Assembly (NCBI GenBank): GCA_030704615.1 | Contig: CM060731.1 | Coordinates: forward strand, 30,442,001-30,506,000 | DNA: 64,000 bases | Origin: Takakia lepidozioides | Taxonomy: Eukaryota; Plantae; Bryophyta | Direction: 5' to 3' | Part shown: positions 13,817 through 27,359 of the stretch, piece by piece | Layout: each line of letters opens with the position of its first letter | How positions within the stretch are numbered: position 1 is the first letter of the stretch | The notes under the pieces: model-generated | Seen by the model: only the letters and a program-made list of their open reading frames with translations | What the model was told of the DNA's origin: nothing | The model's database searches: none | Made by a program: the position numbers and the translations under genes

Positions 13817-16800
13817 TTAGCGAGGAACATGGCGGAGGGGAGACCAGTTTACCCAGTGGCCCTGACTTTGAATATACCAAGGATCGCTAGCAAGAGAGTT
13901 TTCCAACATCCTCCATTCATGTTCGTTGAGGGATCCCGTGTTCAGTTTGTGGGTTGGGTTGATGGAAGAATCCTGTTTTGGTGGAGTACATGGAGACTTC
14001 ACACTTCGGAATTCTGCATCTCTTGGAGTTGTCACAACAGAATCTGATGAATCTATGCTGTCTTCTCCCAGTAACATGGAAAGTACTCGTGACATTGAGG
14101 GACGTCTTGAAGCTGATGCTTGCGTGCATAAGAGAGCAATAGTAATCATCCGAAGAACTTGTATTTCAGAAGTCTGTGGTATCCCCTTGAGTTTTGGATC
14201 AAGAACATCCATCACTTTTTCCTTCTCATACAGTTCCCATACCTGTAGATCATCACAGATACACAATTTCAGACCATGATCTTCGCCGACTTGTGAATTC
14301 CCAATTTAAATCCCTAAGTTGCATATGCATGTTTACATGTCAATTTATGAGGCTCGCATATATTGGAGGCCTAGCAAACGACATGCAGTCATCTTTCGTT
14401 ACATCTTACCTAATTATAGATCTGCGGAAGATCTGTGATTACCTGGTTTCACAGCTATCTACCATTTACCCAGTCAACAAATCAGACTGCTAGTATTATC
14501 GGAAGCTTACCCAATCCAAGAGAAACATCTCCTCCGCATCCAGATGAAGACTGATAGTTTTCCTTCCACTCACAAGCTCGAGTAACACAATTCCAAAACT
14601 GTAAACGTCTACCTTCTCTGTAAGTTTTCTGTTAACGGCATATTCTGGCGCCAAATACCCACTGCATGTACAAGTCCAAGGTATTAATCAGCCTATTTAT
14701 CAATTTGAATCAATGAGAGGACAATATGGAAAGGAACTAGGGTTGCATACATGTGCTATAAGAACATCTGGACAAACTGTGTCCAGATTTGTTGCGCAGC
14801 TACTTATAATTAGAAAATGCTGCAGGACATCGAGTGTATGTATGGTCGTATAAGATCCAGATCATGGTTAATTGTTACGATGAGTCTTTTCTATTTGGCG
14901 CTACTGTAACTCCGAGGTTGGCCCAAGTTGATCTCAAGATTGATATACTAGAGCTGAGTCCTGTGGTGGTCCGGAGGTAAATCAGAAAGAGGTGTCGATC
15001 CACCATACGGATGTGGAGCTCGATCTGCACATTAAGAAATAATGATAAAGCGGGAGGCTGGTGGGGAGGACTAGAAGTAGTTGATTTATCATGGACCTCT
15101 CTTTGAGATTACATCTATTATTTACTCCAGATAGTTCGATATTGTCAGCATAAATCTAGAATTCATTCATAGCATAGCTACATAATCGTCTCTTGCTGAT
15201 AACTATGGTGGGAGAGCAGCACTTGAACACTTACAAAGTTCCAGAGACGTGAGTTGCACTGATGTGGTTCATTTCATCGGGAAAGAGGCGTGCCAAACCG
15301 AAATCTGCAATCTTTGGATTGAGGTTTTTGTCGAGAAGGATGTTACTTGATTTGATGTCCCGATGTATGATCCTTGGCTGAGATTCTTCGTGGAGGTATA
15401 CAAGGCCACGTGCAATTCCAATGCTTATGCTTAGTCGCCTTGGCCAATCCAAAAGTAGTACATCGTCTTTTCCTCGGCCTGTTAATGACATTATCCATCC
15501 ATGCTGAATTAGGATCAAACTGCCTGACAACAACTATTGTAACATTGGACCCACTCCCGAACGTAAAAGTGGATCTTCTTTACCGCAGCGTGATCTCTCT
15601 CTCGTCGTTTCACACAACTCTCAATAGCGCAGCTTACATTCGAAAATTGACCTTATCACTAGATATCTCTCCGGAGGACTATTAAGGAGTACAACCACCT
15701 TTATCCGTCCGAAATTAAAACCTCCGCAAAGGTCGGTTCTAGACCTTCGGGTACATGTCAAATGAGTTCAACAAAAGTTATATATCCCTTTCAGTTTCAA
15801 GCACTAGTAGTGATCTTACCGAACAATGCCATTCCAAGATTGTTGTTCTCAACATACTCGTACACGAGAAGTCGTTGAGAACCTTGGAAGCAACAGCCTA
15901 TGAGTTTGACGAGGTTTCGGTGCTGTATTTTCGTGATCAGAATCACTTCATTGAGGAACGTAGTTATTCCTTCAGCTTGCGGCTCTCCAGTTGACAACTG
16001 TTTCACTGCCGTCCCACATGACAGCTGCTTCACTGCCACCTCCGTGCCATCCTTCAGTACTCCCTGTAAATTGTCACAAAACTTCAAATACGTTAATTTG
16101 TAGAGATGCCATAATATATGCTCCCCTCTGGCTCCCCTCTGGACACTAGATCAAAGTTGAAATTTGCACTGAGGTTTTAGTCTTTAGAGTGTTGTCACCT
16201 TATGAACAGCACCAAATCCACCTTCTCCAAGTTTGTTATTTGGATGGAAGTCTCGCGTAGCAATTCTAAGCTCATTATATGGAAACAGCCTGGGCTGCAC
16301 TTGTTGCCTTAAAAACTCTGCAGGCATGATGAAGAGTCCAGGAGAAGATTAATAAGCCAGTAATAAGCATCCGGTGAAACTCACAAACATGACTAGGTAC
16401 CGAATTTCACACGAAAAGTTTGCATCTTGCAAAGGCAGTAGTCTACAACCATGAGATCACAATCATTAAGTACGCAACTTTATGGTAATCTAATTCTCTT
16501 TTATCCTAGGTTTACTTGAACGACTTCTACTAACCTCCACAGAGTGGAGAGTGCGTAAGAAGATTGAATTTGACACTTAAACAAGCTTACACATATACAT
16601 AATACATCGATATAATGTTGTTATAGTAGTAGTCAAATCTGGTTTTGGACCAACAATTTCTCAAACGTACCATCTTTGATTAAGCGAAGTTGTAACTGTT
16701 TGTCACTTTTGCTCCGACTTTGCATCCAGTAGATAGCAAAGATGAATCCAAGTACATTTAATCCTCCAACGATTCCCAGTATTGCGCCCACACTCAGCGG

Positions 16801-19289
16801 TCCTACTGTCAAAGTACTCACATTCATGTCTCGAGGAAACTCACTTTCCAGGCTGATATTCAATTTGTTCCAAGACTCTGGCGACCTGCAGCATCCATGG
16901 TCAAACCCTCTTGGACTCAGTATCAATTCAATCGACGTAGTTAATGAACATCACCACAAGGCCTGCAGGCATAGTACGTAAGAACTGCAACCTCGCCAAA
17001 TATAGAGCGTATAACTTACAGATGGGTCAAATCAGCAAGAATACGACGTTGACTTGGCATAGAGACAGGTGATATCCATCCAGAAAGCGAATTGTTGGAA
17101 AGATCCAACTGTCGCAAGCAGCGCAAGTAGGCTAGAGATCGAGCTGGTATCATCCCGCTGAGTTTATTTCCGTTTAAATCCCTGTAAAGATTCAAGCCAT
17201 GTTTTGAGCTCCAGAGTGCGAAGTTAAATAGCCTGAGGCGACATCTAATCAATCTTTGAGACATTGACTCTATCATGCTGAATGCTTTATATAGTCGTGA
17301 GATTTTCTTCTGGACTCCTTGAGGCCTACACAGAAAAACTGATAAAACCAAGCAAGCATGAAAGGTGGCGACAACTGGCACTTACAATCGTTCTAAGCGG
17401 TGCAAGTCTTGCAGGCGCCTGGGCAGAGAACCGTTGAGTTCATTTCTAGAAAGCACCCTGCAAACACAACACCGGTTTAGATATTCATGTAGCGCCATTC
17501 GACGGTAAATCTTCTAACACTGGGAAAATTTACACGTCTACGATGTTCCTTCTAGTAAGGTACTCACGTCGACTGCTAGTCCTGACCGTTGACTCCTTAC
17601 TACCTCCCCCATTATCTGGCCTGTTTATTCACGAAGGGATGAGAACAGTGTACATAGGCTTTCTCCTATTCCACTTCCCTCTCAAGTGTTGTCTTCGAAA
17701 ACTTCTCCTCATTGATCTGTTTGCAAATATTCATACAAGAGAACTGTTCTTCCATCATTAAAGAGAACTTTTCGTTCGTGAGAATAGGTTCTACATCAAG
17801 CTACATAATCTAGAGGCCAAGAAAGCTCGATCCTAGCGAGGGGCAGAGTGCGTACATAGTCTTGAGTTCCGTGAGGTTGTTCAAGCCTACAAGCAGACCT
17901 CTCCTTGGAAGAGACACAGGAATAAGTCCAGAAAGCGAATTGTTCGAGAGATCCAAGTGTTGTAAATAGCGCAAGTAGCCCAGAGACCGAGGTATCCTGC
18001 CGTTGAGCTTATTTCCACTTAGGTCTCTGCTACAACAACCGAGATATCTTGTGAGACTCCGGAATCGATGCGTGTTACAGCAAGCCGACATATACTGCAA
18101 CTTTGGGATCTATTTTGACATTCAAAGGCAGCTTGCGCAGAACCACTTTCAGTCAGGCCCGTATTGCTGTACAATTCTCTGAAAGTGAAACGTCTACATG
18201 ACTACTAGAATATCTGCTGCAACAATTAGTTTGATGTGCAGAACCTAGTAAGTTCGAAAAGATTCGTCCAGAGTGGAGTAAGGAGCTGGACGTCCAGTAG
18301 TGGAGCTCCCTTTACTGATGAATGTATTACTATTTATAAAGCATTAATAAACCAGAACGTCAAATTATAGTTGTAAACGCTGGATATTGGTTAGGGATGC
18401 GAACGTACAAAGCTTGTAGGTATTTGAAGTCTCCGATAGCAGGTGGCAGAATCCCTACTATGCGCTTATTATGCAAGTCTCTGCGAGAAAAGGTAATGGA
18501 CATGATCATGATCAGTTCTCTAACACAATCTAACATACATAAATATTCAATCACTTCAAGACTGTCGGAAATGCCTTGACGTAAGTAGTTCCACCATGTA
18601 CCAAGTCAACTGGCAGTATCCATATGCTTCCATAAGGGAACGAACATGATCATGGAGGCGTATTGTACATGTCATTCCCGGAATCGACAAAGCTCGAATT
18701 AAAAGTTCTACAGAAGTCCAAATCTGTGAACTTACAATCCTATTACGGTCCAGTTTTTATTGTATACTTGGGACAATTTATCGTACACCAGCTGCTCGCT
18801 ACACGTTACACCATCCCAGCGGAATATGGGACTGCATGGATCTGAAGAATTCCCCCATCCAGGTAGCGCCTCTCTCAAACCAGGGTCGGTGTTCTCCCAC
18901 GCTGTATATAGGCTGTGCAGTGCAGCTCCTGCGCAGTACAATACATCCAGGTCAGTCGCTTCTACCTTCCACAGAATTGTGTCAAAATCTTCAGGTGGTC
19001 CGAGTTCATGAGCTCACAGCTACCTCCATGCCCACCACCCAGACCCGAGTCTTGATAAGAGATCTATTCACTCAATATTCTTTTCTGATGCTAATCGTCG
19101 AAGCAGGTTGTCTATTAAACAGCTAGTACAGCAATTACAAATGACATGTGAAACGGTGAAGAAATTATTACTATCAGATTCGACAGTTCGAGATGCACTG
19201 GCTTGCCCCCAGAAGTGCGTCATGTAGATCAACAAACCGAGGAATATCGTCCATTTATAAGACCCGGGCTTGCAGTCCATGGAAGCCAT
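13817..19289 (-). CDS. LRR receptor-like Ser/Thr kinase (LRR-VIII-like kinase domain), ~12 exons
   Basis: Signal peptide exon (19289-19172), LRRNT (W..SSDPC...WDGVTC), LRR exons (~18479-18408, 18026-17855, 17457-17386, 17182-17020), TM ([21 protein letters not shown]), kinase [31 protein letters not shown]; stop at 13817. GT-AG boundaries read by eye. Confidence 0.9.
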
Positions 19290-20287
19290 TCCAGAATTTC
19301 AGAACTGATATATGTACAAATTGGTGGAATAGAGGAGGTCGCTTATTTATCGATCAGTTAAATGACCTTGAATTTAGTAACCACCCGAGCAGAGATTGGT
19401 TGTCGACTCTGTATATATCAATATAATGACAGTCCGTGCCCTGCTTCTGTTCAAGACTAAAAATTCTGAAGGTCCTGTACTGCAAGGTCCGACTCCCCTC
19501 GCTAGCATCCGCGTTCCCAAAATGCAATTCCCATAAAACCTGGACATTAACAAACCTCCACCGCTTCTGCTCACAGAAGAACCTGGTGATCATCAGCTCC
19601 AATCCCATGTGAAAAGATGAAGGAACGAAGCATAACTGGACGCTCCTCCCACAGCCGAATATGAGATTTGTTCCAACCAACGGCCAGCCCCTGGTCACTG
19701 CGGAGTTGAGGACGATGGTTAGGCTCAAGGTTTTGACGGCCTGTTAGAAGCGACTGGGAATGTCTTATACTTGGCAGACACAAGACCTGTGACTTGATCC
19801 ACCACTTCCCTTGACCTGCGAACTCCAAATTAGCTGGCGTCAATGTCTCCAGAGCAACGATTCCATGCCTTTCGACACAAACTGCAATCCCCTCAATCTC
19901 GGTCACTGCTGCACACGCCATCTGTCTCTCGGGCTTTTAGGGCTGCAGGCCAGCACGACACACGCTCTGACTTTTAGGAGCCACGTCGATTCCAGACAAA
20001 CAATATATGTGCCCTTACCTAACTTGGGTTGGAGTCATGTCTCTCTGTCCCTCTCTTCATTGGGCCTGCCCTTCAAGAAAGAAAAATATGTCCCACGCCG
20101 ACAGATTCCAAATTATGCGGGGGACAGTATCTCCAATCCAAGACCTGTCTTTACACTTGACGCTTTGACCCTTGGGGGCGGGCCGGTAGTCTCAAACCTT
20201 GGAAAGTACTTTACCAATTATATAAAACCCAGCGCTCCCCAAGTAGGAATAATGTAAAAGCTTAATGTTCTAATAATTGTTCTTTCG

Positions 20288-20565
20288 AGCCCGCGAATTT
20301 TCTACATCGTAATGACGCTGGCACCCTTGTCCCCCCACCGGGCCCCTCCCCAGGCCCAGGAGCACGTGTGGGCCCGCGCCACCCTCCACAGCCAAAATGG
20401 CAAAAGTTTGGGGCCAAATTGGCAAAACTCCCAAGCCATGGCGCCAACGGCCCGCCAACACCTGCCCCGCCCCCCCACCCCAGCCTACCCGCCCAAACCT
20501 ACACCCGAGGCTTGGGCCAGCTAGCCTCCCTGCGCAGTGTGTGAGTAGCTCGACGAGCTACTCAC
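20288..20565 (+). repeat. MULE left TIR
   Basis: Reverse complement of 37625-37921; ends in the 25-bp palindrome gtgagtagctcgAcgagctactcac. Confidence 0.9.
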
Positions 20566-20719
20566 TATTTTTTCTCTATGTCATTTTGGCTAGTGGCTAT
20601 GTCATTTTCTTAGTCTCTTGGCTCTAAGTCACTTTGCCGTGTATAGTTGGCTTTGTGTTAGCTGTTAGGGCTTGGAGAGTGCAAGATTAAGAAGAGTATT
20701 TGGCTTGCATGTTTTCTTT

Positions 20720-22892
20720 ATGGCTAGATTGGAGGTACAAAACCCCGATAAATTAGTCTTCAGGGCTGAGGACTTAAAATGGACTCCACATACACGATGG
20801 GGAGGAGGGAATATGGCAACTTGTATGATTGCATATATTCCTATGAATCGAGTGGATGATTGCAAAGAAGGAGAGAATCAATATCGGCAAGCACCTACGA
20901 AATTCTATTTGATCAAGACACGAAAGCAAAAGCCGCCACAAAATGCAACAATTCAAAGTTAACATTACACACAAATGGTGTGTTTTCTTCTTCCATGTTA
21001 CTTCAAATTATCTCTATATGTTTAGTATGCAATCTTATTTACATTACATTGCATGTAATATCATCTACTACTTTGTTTTGTCACGTAATTAGTTGTGGAC
21101 AAAAAAATGGTGCTTTCCATAGAAGAAATGTATGTTGTTAGGAAAACTAGGGTTTCCCAAAACAAATCTTACGGAAAGAACTTCTTCAGATATAAAATCC
21201 ATTAGAACATTACATAACCCTTTGATATAAATGGTAGATTTTACTAGATGCATATTTGTCAAATTAAAATATAATTTTGTATAGAATACATATTGATGTG
21301 ATTGAAGTGTAATCTCCTCGTGCAATTTTGGATGAACACAAGCGGCATTGGCAAGAGAAAAACGAGGCAGAAGGTGCATCTACGAGAGACGATTTTCTAA
21401 AAATGTATGACATTCTAAACATTGCCAAATGAAAGGCATTTGAATCTTATAAACGTCATGGAGATCCAGCTCGAAGCATGCAAATGTGGGTGTTGGAACA
21501 TCCCGAAAAAGGTTTTTTTCTATCAACAACATGACGAATCATCGGGTTTACCTTTCACTCTCGGTATACAAACTCTATATCAGAAAAAAAGAATGTTGGA
21601 GTTGGGGCATGGAGGACTCGTTGCATGTGATGGTACATTTGGGACAAATGACCAAAAATTCCAGTTATTTACCCTCATGGTTTTCGACAAACATTTTAAT
21701 GGTGTGCCCCTTGCGTGGATAATAACGAGTCGAGGTGAAGCGGTGGATCTTGTGTACTGGATGACCGCATTACAAGGCCATATGACGGATGCAAATGCTC
21801 ATTGGTTGTTGTCATCATTCATCGTTGATGATGCAGATGCAGAGATCAACGCCATAAGGTATTTTCATGTACTACATATTACACTTCTTTGTATTATGCT
21901 ATTTCTTTATAAATGCTAGGATGGTTCTTCATATCAGTATGTCAGTTGTAGCATTTGCATTGACCCTTGGAGACAATTTTCAACACATCGCAGTTTCTTA
22001 GATTTGGACTAGACCTCACAGAAAGGTTGTTCCTATAGTGGACAACATGTGGGCTTAACCTCACAGAAGGTTGTTCCTGTCATGATGGATCTAGACTAAA
22101 CCTCACAGAAGGTTGTGCCTATAGTGGATAACATGTGAACTTACCCTTACAGAAGGTTGTTCCTGTCATGGGTTAGTTTCTAACATCTGGACTAAACCTC
22201 ACAGAAGGTTGTTGCAATCATGGGTCAATCATGTGGACTGAACCTGACAGAAGGTTGTTCCTGTCATGAGTGAATTTGTAACATATGGACTAAACCACAC
22301 ACAAGGTTGTTCCTGTCATGAGTCAATTTGTAGCATATGGACTGAAACCTCACGAAAGGTTGTGCCTGTCATTGCTCAATTTGTGACATGTGGGCCAAAC
22401 CGCACGGAAGGTTGTTCATGTCATTGGTAAGGTATATGGAGTTAACCACATGAAAGGTTGTGCATGTCATGGGTCATGTGGGATAAACCTTGCAGAAGGT
22501 TGTGCGTATCATGGATCAGTCTATACATCTAATCTAAACTTATGTACCAGTTTGTGTTACAATTTTATTTTGCAGAAGTGTGTGGGGTCCTGGTATGCCT
22601 ATTTTTCTTTGTCTATGGCATGTTCGAAAGTCTTGGAGGAAAAATGCAATTACCAAGATTACAGACGCGGAAACTCGAAGTGCGATATTGGAGGGCATTG
22701 GGAATATTATGTATATGGCATCAAAGCCCAGTGAGTCATCAAGAGACATTGAGGTTAGAGCCAAGGAGGCTATTAACAAATTATTTTCCAAATTTCCGTT
22801 AGAGAAGGAGTTTCGGAATTATTTTCGCAAGAAATGGTATCTCAAAACAGCAATGTGGGTGACAAGTGCAAGAAAAGTTCCACATGCAGGAC
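20720..22892 (+). pseudogene. MULE DDE transposase, 5' part (disrupted)
   Basis: MARLEVQNPDKLVF..AYIPMNRVDD; PFTLGIQT..GLVACDGTFGTN..LFTLMVFD..GVPLAWII..FIVDDADAEINAIR; intron 21859-22576; FLCLWHVRKSW..KVPHAGQ. One stop and one frameshift near 21430-21510. Confidence 0.9.
22010..22505 (+). repeat. Intronic array of ~11 AACCTCACAGAAGGTTGT units (~40-55 bp period)
   Basis: Motif recurs at ~22013, 22058, 22099, 22143, 22195, 22241, 22292, 22345, 22397, 22444, 22486. Confidence 0.9.
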
Positions 22893-24329
22893 AACTGCTG
22901 AAGCCGGTTGGCCATGCCTTGGTCAACGCCCTGACCTCCACGTCCTTGGCTATACTGTGCTTGCCCTCGTCCTGCACCTCGTGCCTGACCACCTCGTCCT
23001 CTCTGAGGTGCTCCACCTTGCCCTCGGCCACCATTATTCCCTTGGAACTGGTCTCGCCGCAACTCAGGGTGTAAGTCATAACACTGGGCATCTCCATGTC
23101 CATACTTGCACAATGCCCACACTGCAACTGTGCAAGCTATGCTTGTGCCGGCCCTTTGCCACTCTCTGGGCAATCTTTCTTGACATGGGGTCCTCCACAT
23201 GTCCAACATACCATCCCTGGTTGCTGTTGGCCTGCAAAAGAAGCTACTGACCTCTACACCTGAGGTCCCCTGTAAGCTCCATGGAATTTGGGTTGGGCAA
23301 CCTTGCCCCCCTGACCACGCTGTTGGGCAGTCCCTTGTGCGTGTTGGCTGGCAATTGCAGGCATGTCCTTGCCAAATCCAATGGTAACAACTTGCTCCTC
23401 CACCATCTTGAGCTCAATCCGCTCAGCCAGCAGAAACACATCTGCTAATGTGGGTTGGGCCGCTTGTAACAGGGTTGCATCCCGCACCCTTCTCCTGAGC
23501 TCCTTGTCCAAAATTCCATACCAGAACTGGACTGCTTGAGCTTCAGTAACCCCTTGGGTCACACTTATCAAGCGCCTCATACGAGTGTAGGCCTCTCGCA
23601 AGCTCTCACTGGATTTGTGCTGGAAGTCTTGCAAACTTCGCAGCTTCTCTATGCGTACGCCTTGGTAGTTCCTCCGCAACTCCTGGAAGAACTCCATCAC
23701 CGGGCTGAATGTGTTGTAGTCGTGGCAAGAGGAGTAGTAGCACCTTCTGCAGAAGTACCGGCAGTACTTGTTCCACTACTAGTGCTGGCAGTGGGAGATA
23801 TTGGTGTTGATGCAGCTAATGGTCGCGTCGTGCCTCGAGTAATGGAAACGTAGTCAGATGACCAATACATCATCCACTCCTCAATCTCTACTTCATGTCC
23901 TCGCCTAAACTCGTGGTAATCGTCCATAGGCGGGCCTTCCAAATGCTGGAACAGTCCCTTCCACGCCATGAATGGGGTGAACAGCTGTGGATTGTGTATC
24001 TGCTGCAAATCACACCAGCTGTCAAACTCCTGGATAAAGTCATCCAGCTCGATTGTGCCCACAACTCCAGAGTACCTACGAGGCCCCTTGGTAGCTCCAT
24101 ACATCTCCTCCATGTTGTCCCACAATAATGGCGAAGAAAACTGCACACATGTTGATGAAGCCTCCGGGTCTGTGTCAGACTCTACACTAGCTGAGGGTGG
24201 AGATGAAGGTGATCTGAACCGAATACCTCGTCTTGTGAACCCACTCTCACTGTTACTGCCTGTAGCCGTACTCCCCTCAAAACCCTTGGGTAACTCCGTG
24301 ATGACACTCACAACCCGCACCTCCCCCAC
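22891..24329 (-). pseudogene. gag of retrotransposon copy 1 (displaced and inverted)
   Basis: ELDDFIQEFDSWC..LFQHLEGPPMDDY, FFQELRRNYQG..LREAYTRMRRL..QFWYGILDKELRRRV, Cys/His knuckle-like CKYGHGDAQC, RG-rich tail ending MANRLQQL, which joins EQRLAAMATA at 27693 (+). Confidence 0.85.
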
Positions 24330-25273
24330 GTGACACTATAAGGCTTTAGTACTAATTCTAATAGTGACACGGGTGGGCACCTGTTGCAGTTTAAGGGTCA
24401 TATCCCAGTGGCTCAGGGCACCTGCACCTGCATCCACTGCAAGAACTCCTATGGTTGGCTGGTCATCAACCCAGTCTCACCATAGAAGAAACACTGGTGG
24501 TCTTGCTGGTCATCACTCTAGCCTCACCACCGACAGCATAGTCTAGGATTGACCGGTGATCAAATCCGGTCTAATCCCTATGAAAGCAAAGGCCCACACA
24601 AAACCAACATGGCGCACAGTCAAGCACGTAGGTGTTGGGGGGGGATCCAAACACAAGAAATCAAAACATCAACACCCCCACACCAAAATCCATCTGCAGT
24701 GCTGCTCCTGCAGAATACCCCAGCCCAAAAACCCGGACTGACTCTTGCCTCCACCTATGGAAAGGTTTTGGCCTACCAAGAGGGTGGAAAGCTATGGGAA
24801 GGAGAGACTAAAGCAATTCCTAAACCCAACATGCCCTCATCCCGACACTCTTCATTTCCTCTCTAGCCATACACTAATGTCAAAAAGTGACAGATGTGTT
24901 ATAAACAGACAGCTAAGTGATCATCCCTGACGTGAAACAGCTTCTTCAATAGACCTCAAATAGATATGGGGATGATCTAATTTATATTAGAAAAATTCTA
25001 TAGATTTTTGGTCAGGTCCAAAAAACTAAAAGGTAGGTAGATTTCCCCTTTCTGTAGGTCCATGCGCAAGTTTTGGGTCAAACGGCCTTGGTATGCCAAA
25101 GTTATGGCCAAACAGGCTCTATGTAATTTAAATTAGATAAATAACGAATTTCTTTAATTTTTCACACCCAAAACATTCTCGACATTAAAAGCTGTTCCCA
25201 GGTTATCTACGAGTTCGGAACATATTCATGTAGTTCTCACATACTCCCTGGCGGCGTGGCCTATAATTCCCAG

Positions 25274-25348
25274 CTCCCAGTCCAAGATCGCCCTCACCTT
25301 TCTGTCATCCATTTTTATCCCATCCTGTGTAATCACATGCCCCAGGAA
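25274..25348 (-). mobile_element. Short RT fragment from a different Gypsy family (filler DNA)
   Basis: Translates FLGHVITQDGIKMDDRKVRAILDWE, distinct from this element's YLGHMIYPGGLGVQQTKVEAI. Confidence 0.7.
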
Positions 25349-25894
25349 CTAACTCATCAATGGCCACATCAGGCACCACCTGCAAGCTCATTTCAGCAGC
25401 ACCACGTTCTACATTGAGCACCAGCTTGTGCAGGTTAGCACTGCGTTTGATGGTGTCCACCAGCTCAAACATGAACGCTTCCCTGCTCCCCAGCTTGAAG
25501 AAATTTCAGATTCGGCCTGATCTACAGTATCCTTTGTCGCTGAAGCCCAACACTCATTCTCATCACCAGAGCTTCTTGGAAGAGTACTGACAAGCTGGTC
25601 CAACGCCCAGGCCTCATTTAGCTTTGCAATCGCCTTCACCTTTCAGCGCAATCGTTCCATTCCGGAACTACTCTGATGCAAGTAATTTAGTTCTCGTACC
25701 GCCACCATGCTAAGATGCAAAATGAGTACAATCCCATGGACCTACACCTCTTGAGTCTTCAAACTGAATTACGCGGCTCCTTAATAGTGTCTTAATAGTG
25801 TCACTGCGACTGCCCTGCCTTTCTTCTTTGGTCTTGCTTTTCTTTTTCTAAGAGCGAGTATCCACTCATGGGCATGTTGCACTTGCGATTGGGT

Positions 25895-26245
25895 TGTCAA
25901 GTTAAATAAACACAGTGTGAAACTAACTAGAATAAATCTAGTTATTTGTATTTAACACTTGGAATTAGTTCAAGTGTTAAGTCAGGTGTCAAGTTTAGCT
26001 TGACACCTGAACCATCTTATCTTCACGAGCTCGCCAGTCGTGCGGCTCATCTCTCTCGAGCTGAGCCTGCACGACCAAGCTCCCTCGTTGCTTAGCATCT
26101 GAGTGTACTTATGGAGGGAGAGTAGGATGTTGTGGGGTGGAGTCCCCATAGCTTGGGGTGCCCCTGGCTTGACTCTTATTTTAACGAGTGATTATGTATT
26201 TCGTGTTTTGTGTCAGCAGCCAGTGTGAGTTTAGTTTTCATATCA
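25895..26245 (+). repeat. 5' terminal repeat unit B (351 bp)
   Basis: TGTCAAG...TATCA; near-identical to 32732-33085. Confidence 0.95.
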
Positions 26246-26261
26246 CTCGAGAGAGATGAGC
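26246..26261 (+). promoter_or_regulatory. Putative self-priming primer-binding site
   Basis: CTCGAGAGAGATGAGC is the exact reverse complement of 26045-26060 inside unit B; no TGG tRNA-type PBS. Confidence 0.75.
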
Positions 26262-27049
26262 TTGTGTCTTTTAGTGCGAGATACGAGTCTTAAGTTAGCA
26301 CTAGTCTTTTGTTTTTTGAAGCTTCCTTAAGATGTCAACTCAGTTGAGTGAGTGCAAGATTGAGTGGAAAATTAGCAGTTGAAGGGATTACTCGTGTCTA
26401 GGAAACCTATCGTTAAGAGAAAAATGAAATTTTGAGAAGAATGATTGGTTTGTTTACGTGCTTAGCTGCTGATTTCTCTGTGACAGAAGTGATAGTACTG
26501 AATAGAGATGGCATGTAACCAATATCGATGGAGTTTCAGCACCGTAACAAGTGAGCATATGGCGAAGGGATGAGGCAGCCTGCAACTCTTAGGTTGGGAA
26601 AGCGGAGCGTGGAGGCATTAACTACTTTGTAGAGGCCCTGTATGCTAGACAGCGGCTACTTCATACTGTCTTGTATCGGCTTGCGGGCAGCAATATTGTT
26701 GTATGATAAACCAGCGACGTATGATGAACTAGCGAGTTGCCGAAGAAGAGCTAGTTGCCGAAGAAGAAGAAGGTAGTATCTAGGGCAGCAACGCCTTGCT
26801 CATTTATGAGCGTCAGAGTTCGTATCAACTGGAAGTGGTGAACGACTGAGTTAGGTGCCGTTGGTGTTAAGTGCAATAGGGCACCGAAAATGTAAGGGCT
26901 GGAACCAGATGACCAGCAATGCTCCGAATGGTGTAGCCAAGCCGTGTTGGAGCCAACTGACCAGCAACGCTATGATATGTCAGGGATAAGCCACTTTCTT
27001 CACAAGCGCTTTAGCCCGTATGATCCAGTTTCGTCTCGGACTAGCAGAT

Positions 27050-27359
27050 GCATTATGCACAACATAGAACTTGGTGGAACACTGCGAACTTCGTACTTGG
27101 AAACATCCACCATCTTCTGTTGGATATATAACGCTGGAGTCCGGTATGCTTTTAGCTCTTACAATAACACTTTCAATTAAACATTCTGCTCGAGAATTGT
27201 TCACAAATCCATGGACTTTCATGTTCTCCATATATGAATAATATCTCATCACATCACCAACTAGCTCATAGAAAAGCCAATCTTCCCTTCGACCGGCCAA
27301 AGTCTTTTTAGATTCTGACAGTCGAGACTTTAAGAACCCATGGTAAGCCTCAATAGCAG
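27050..27359 (-). pseudogene. MULE transposase middle segment (inverted)
   Basis: AIEAYHGFLKSRLSESKKTLAGRREDWLFYELVGDVMRYY..FQVRSSQCSTKFYVVHNA; continues KVPHAGQ (22892) and joins ASIHSWACCTCDW (25854-25893). Confidence 0.85.
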
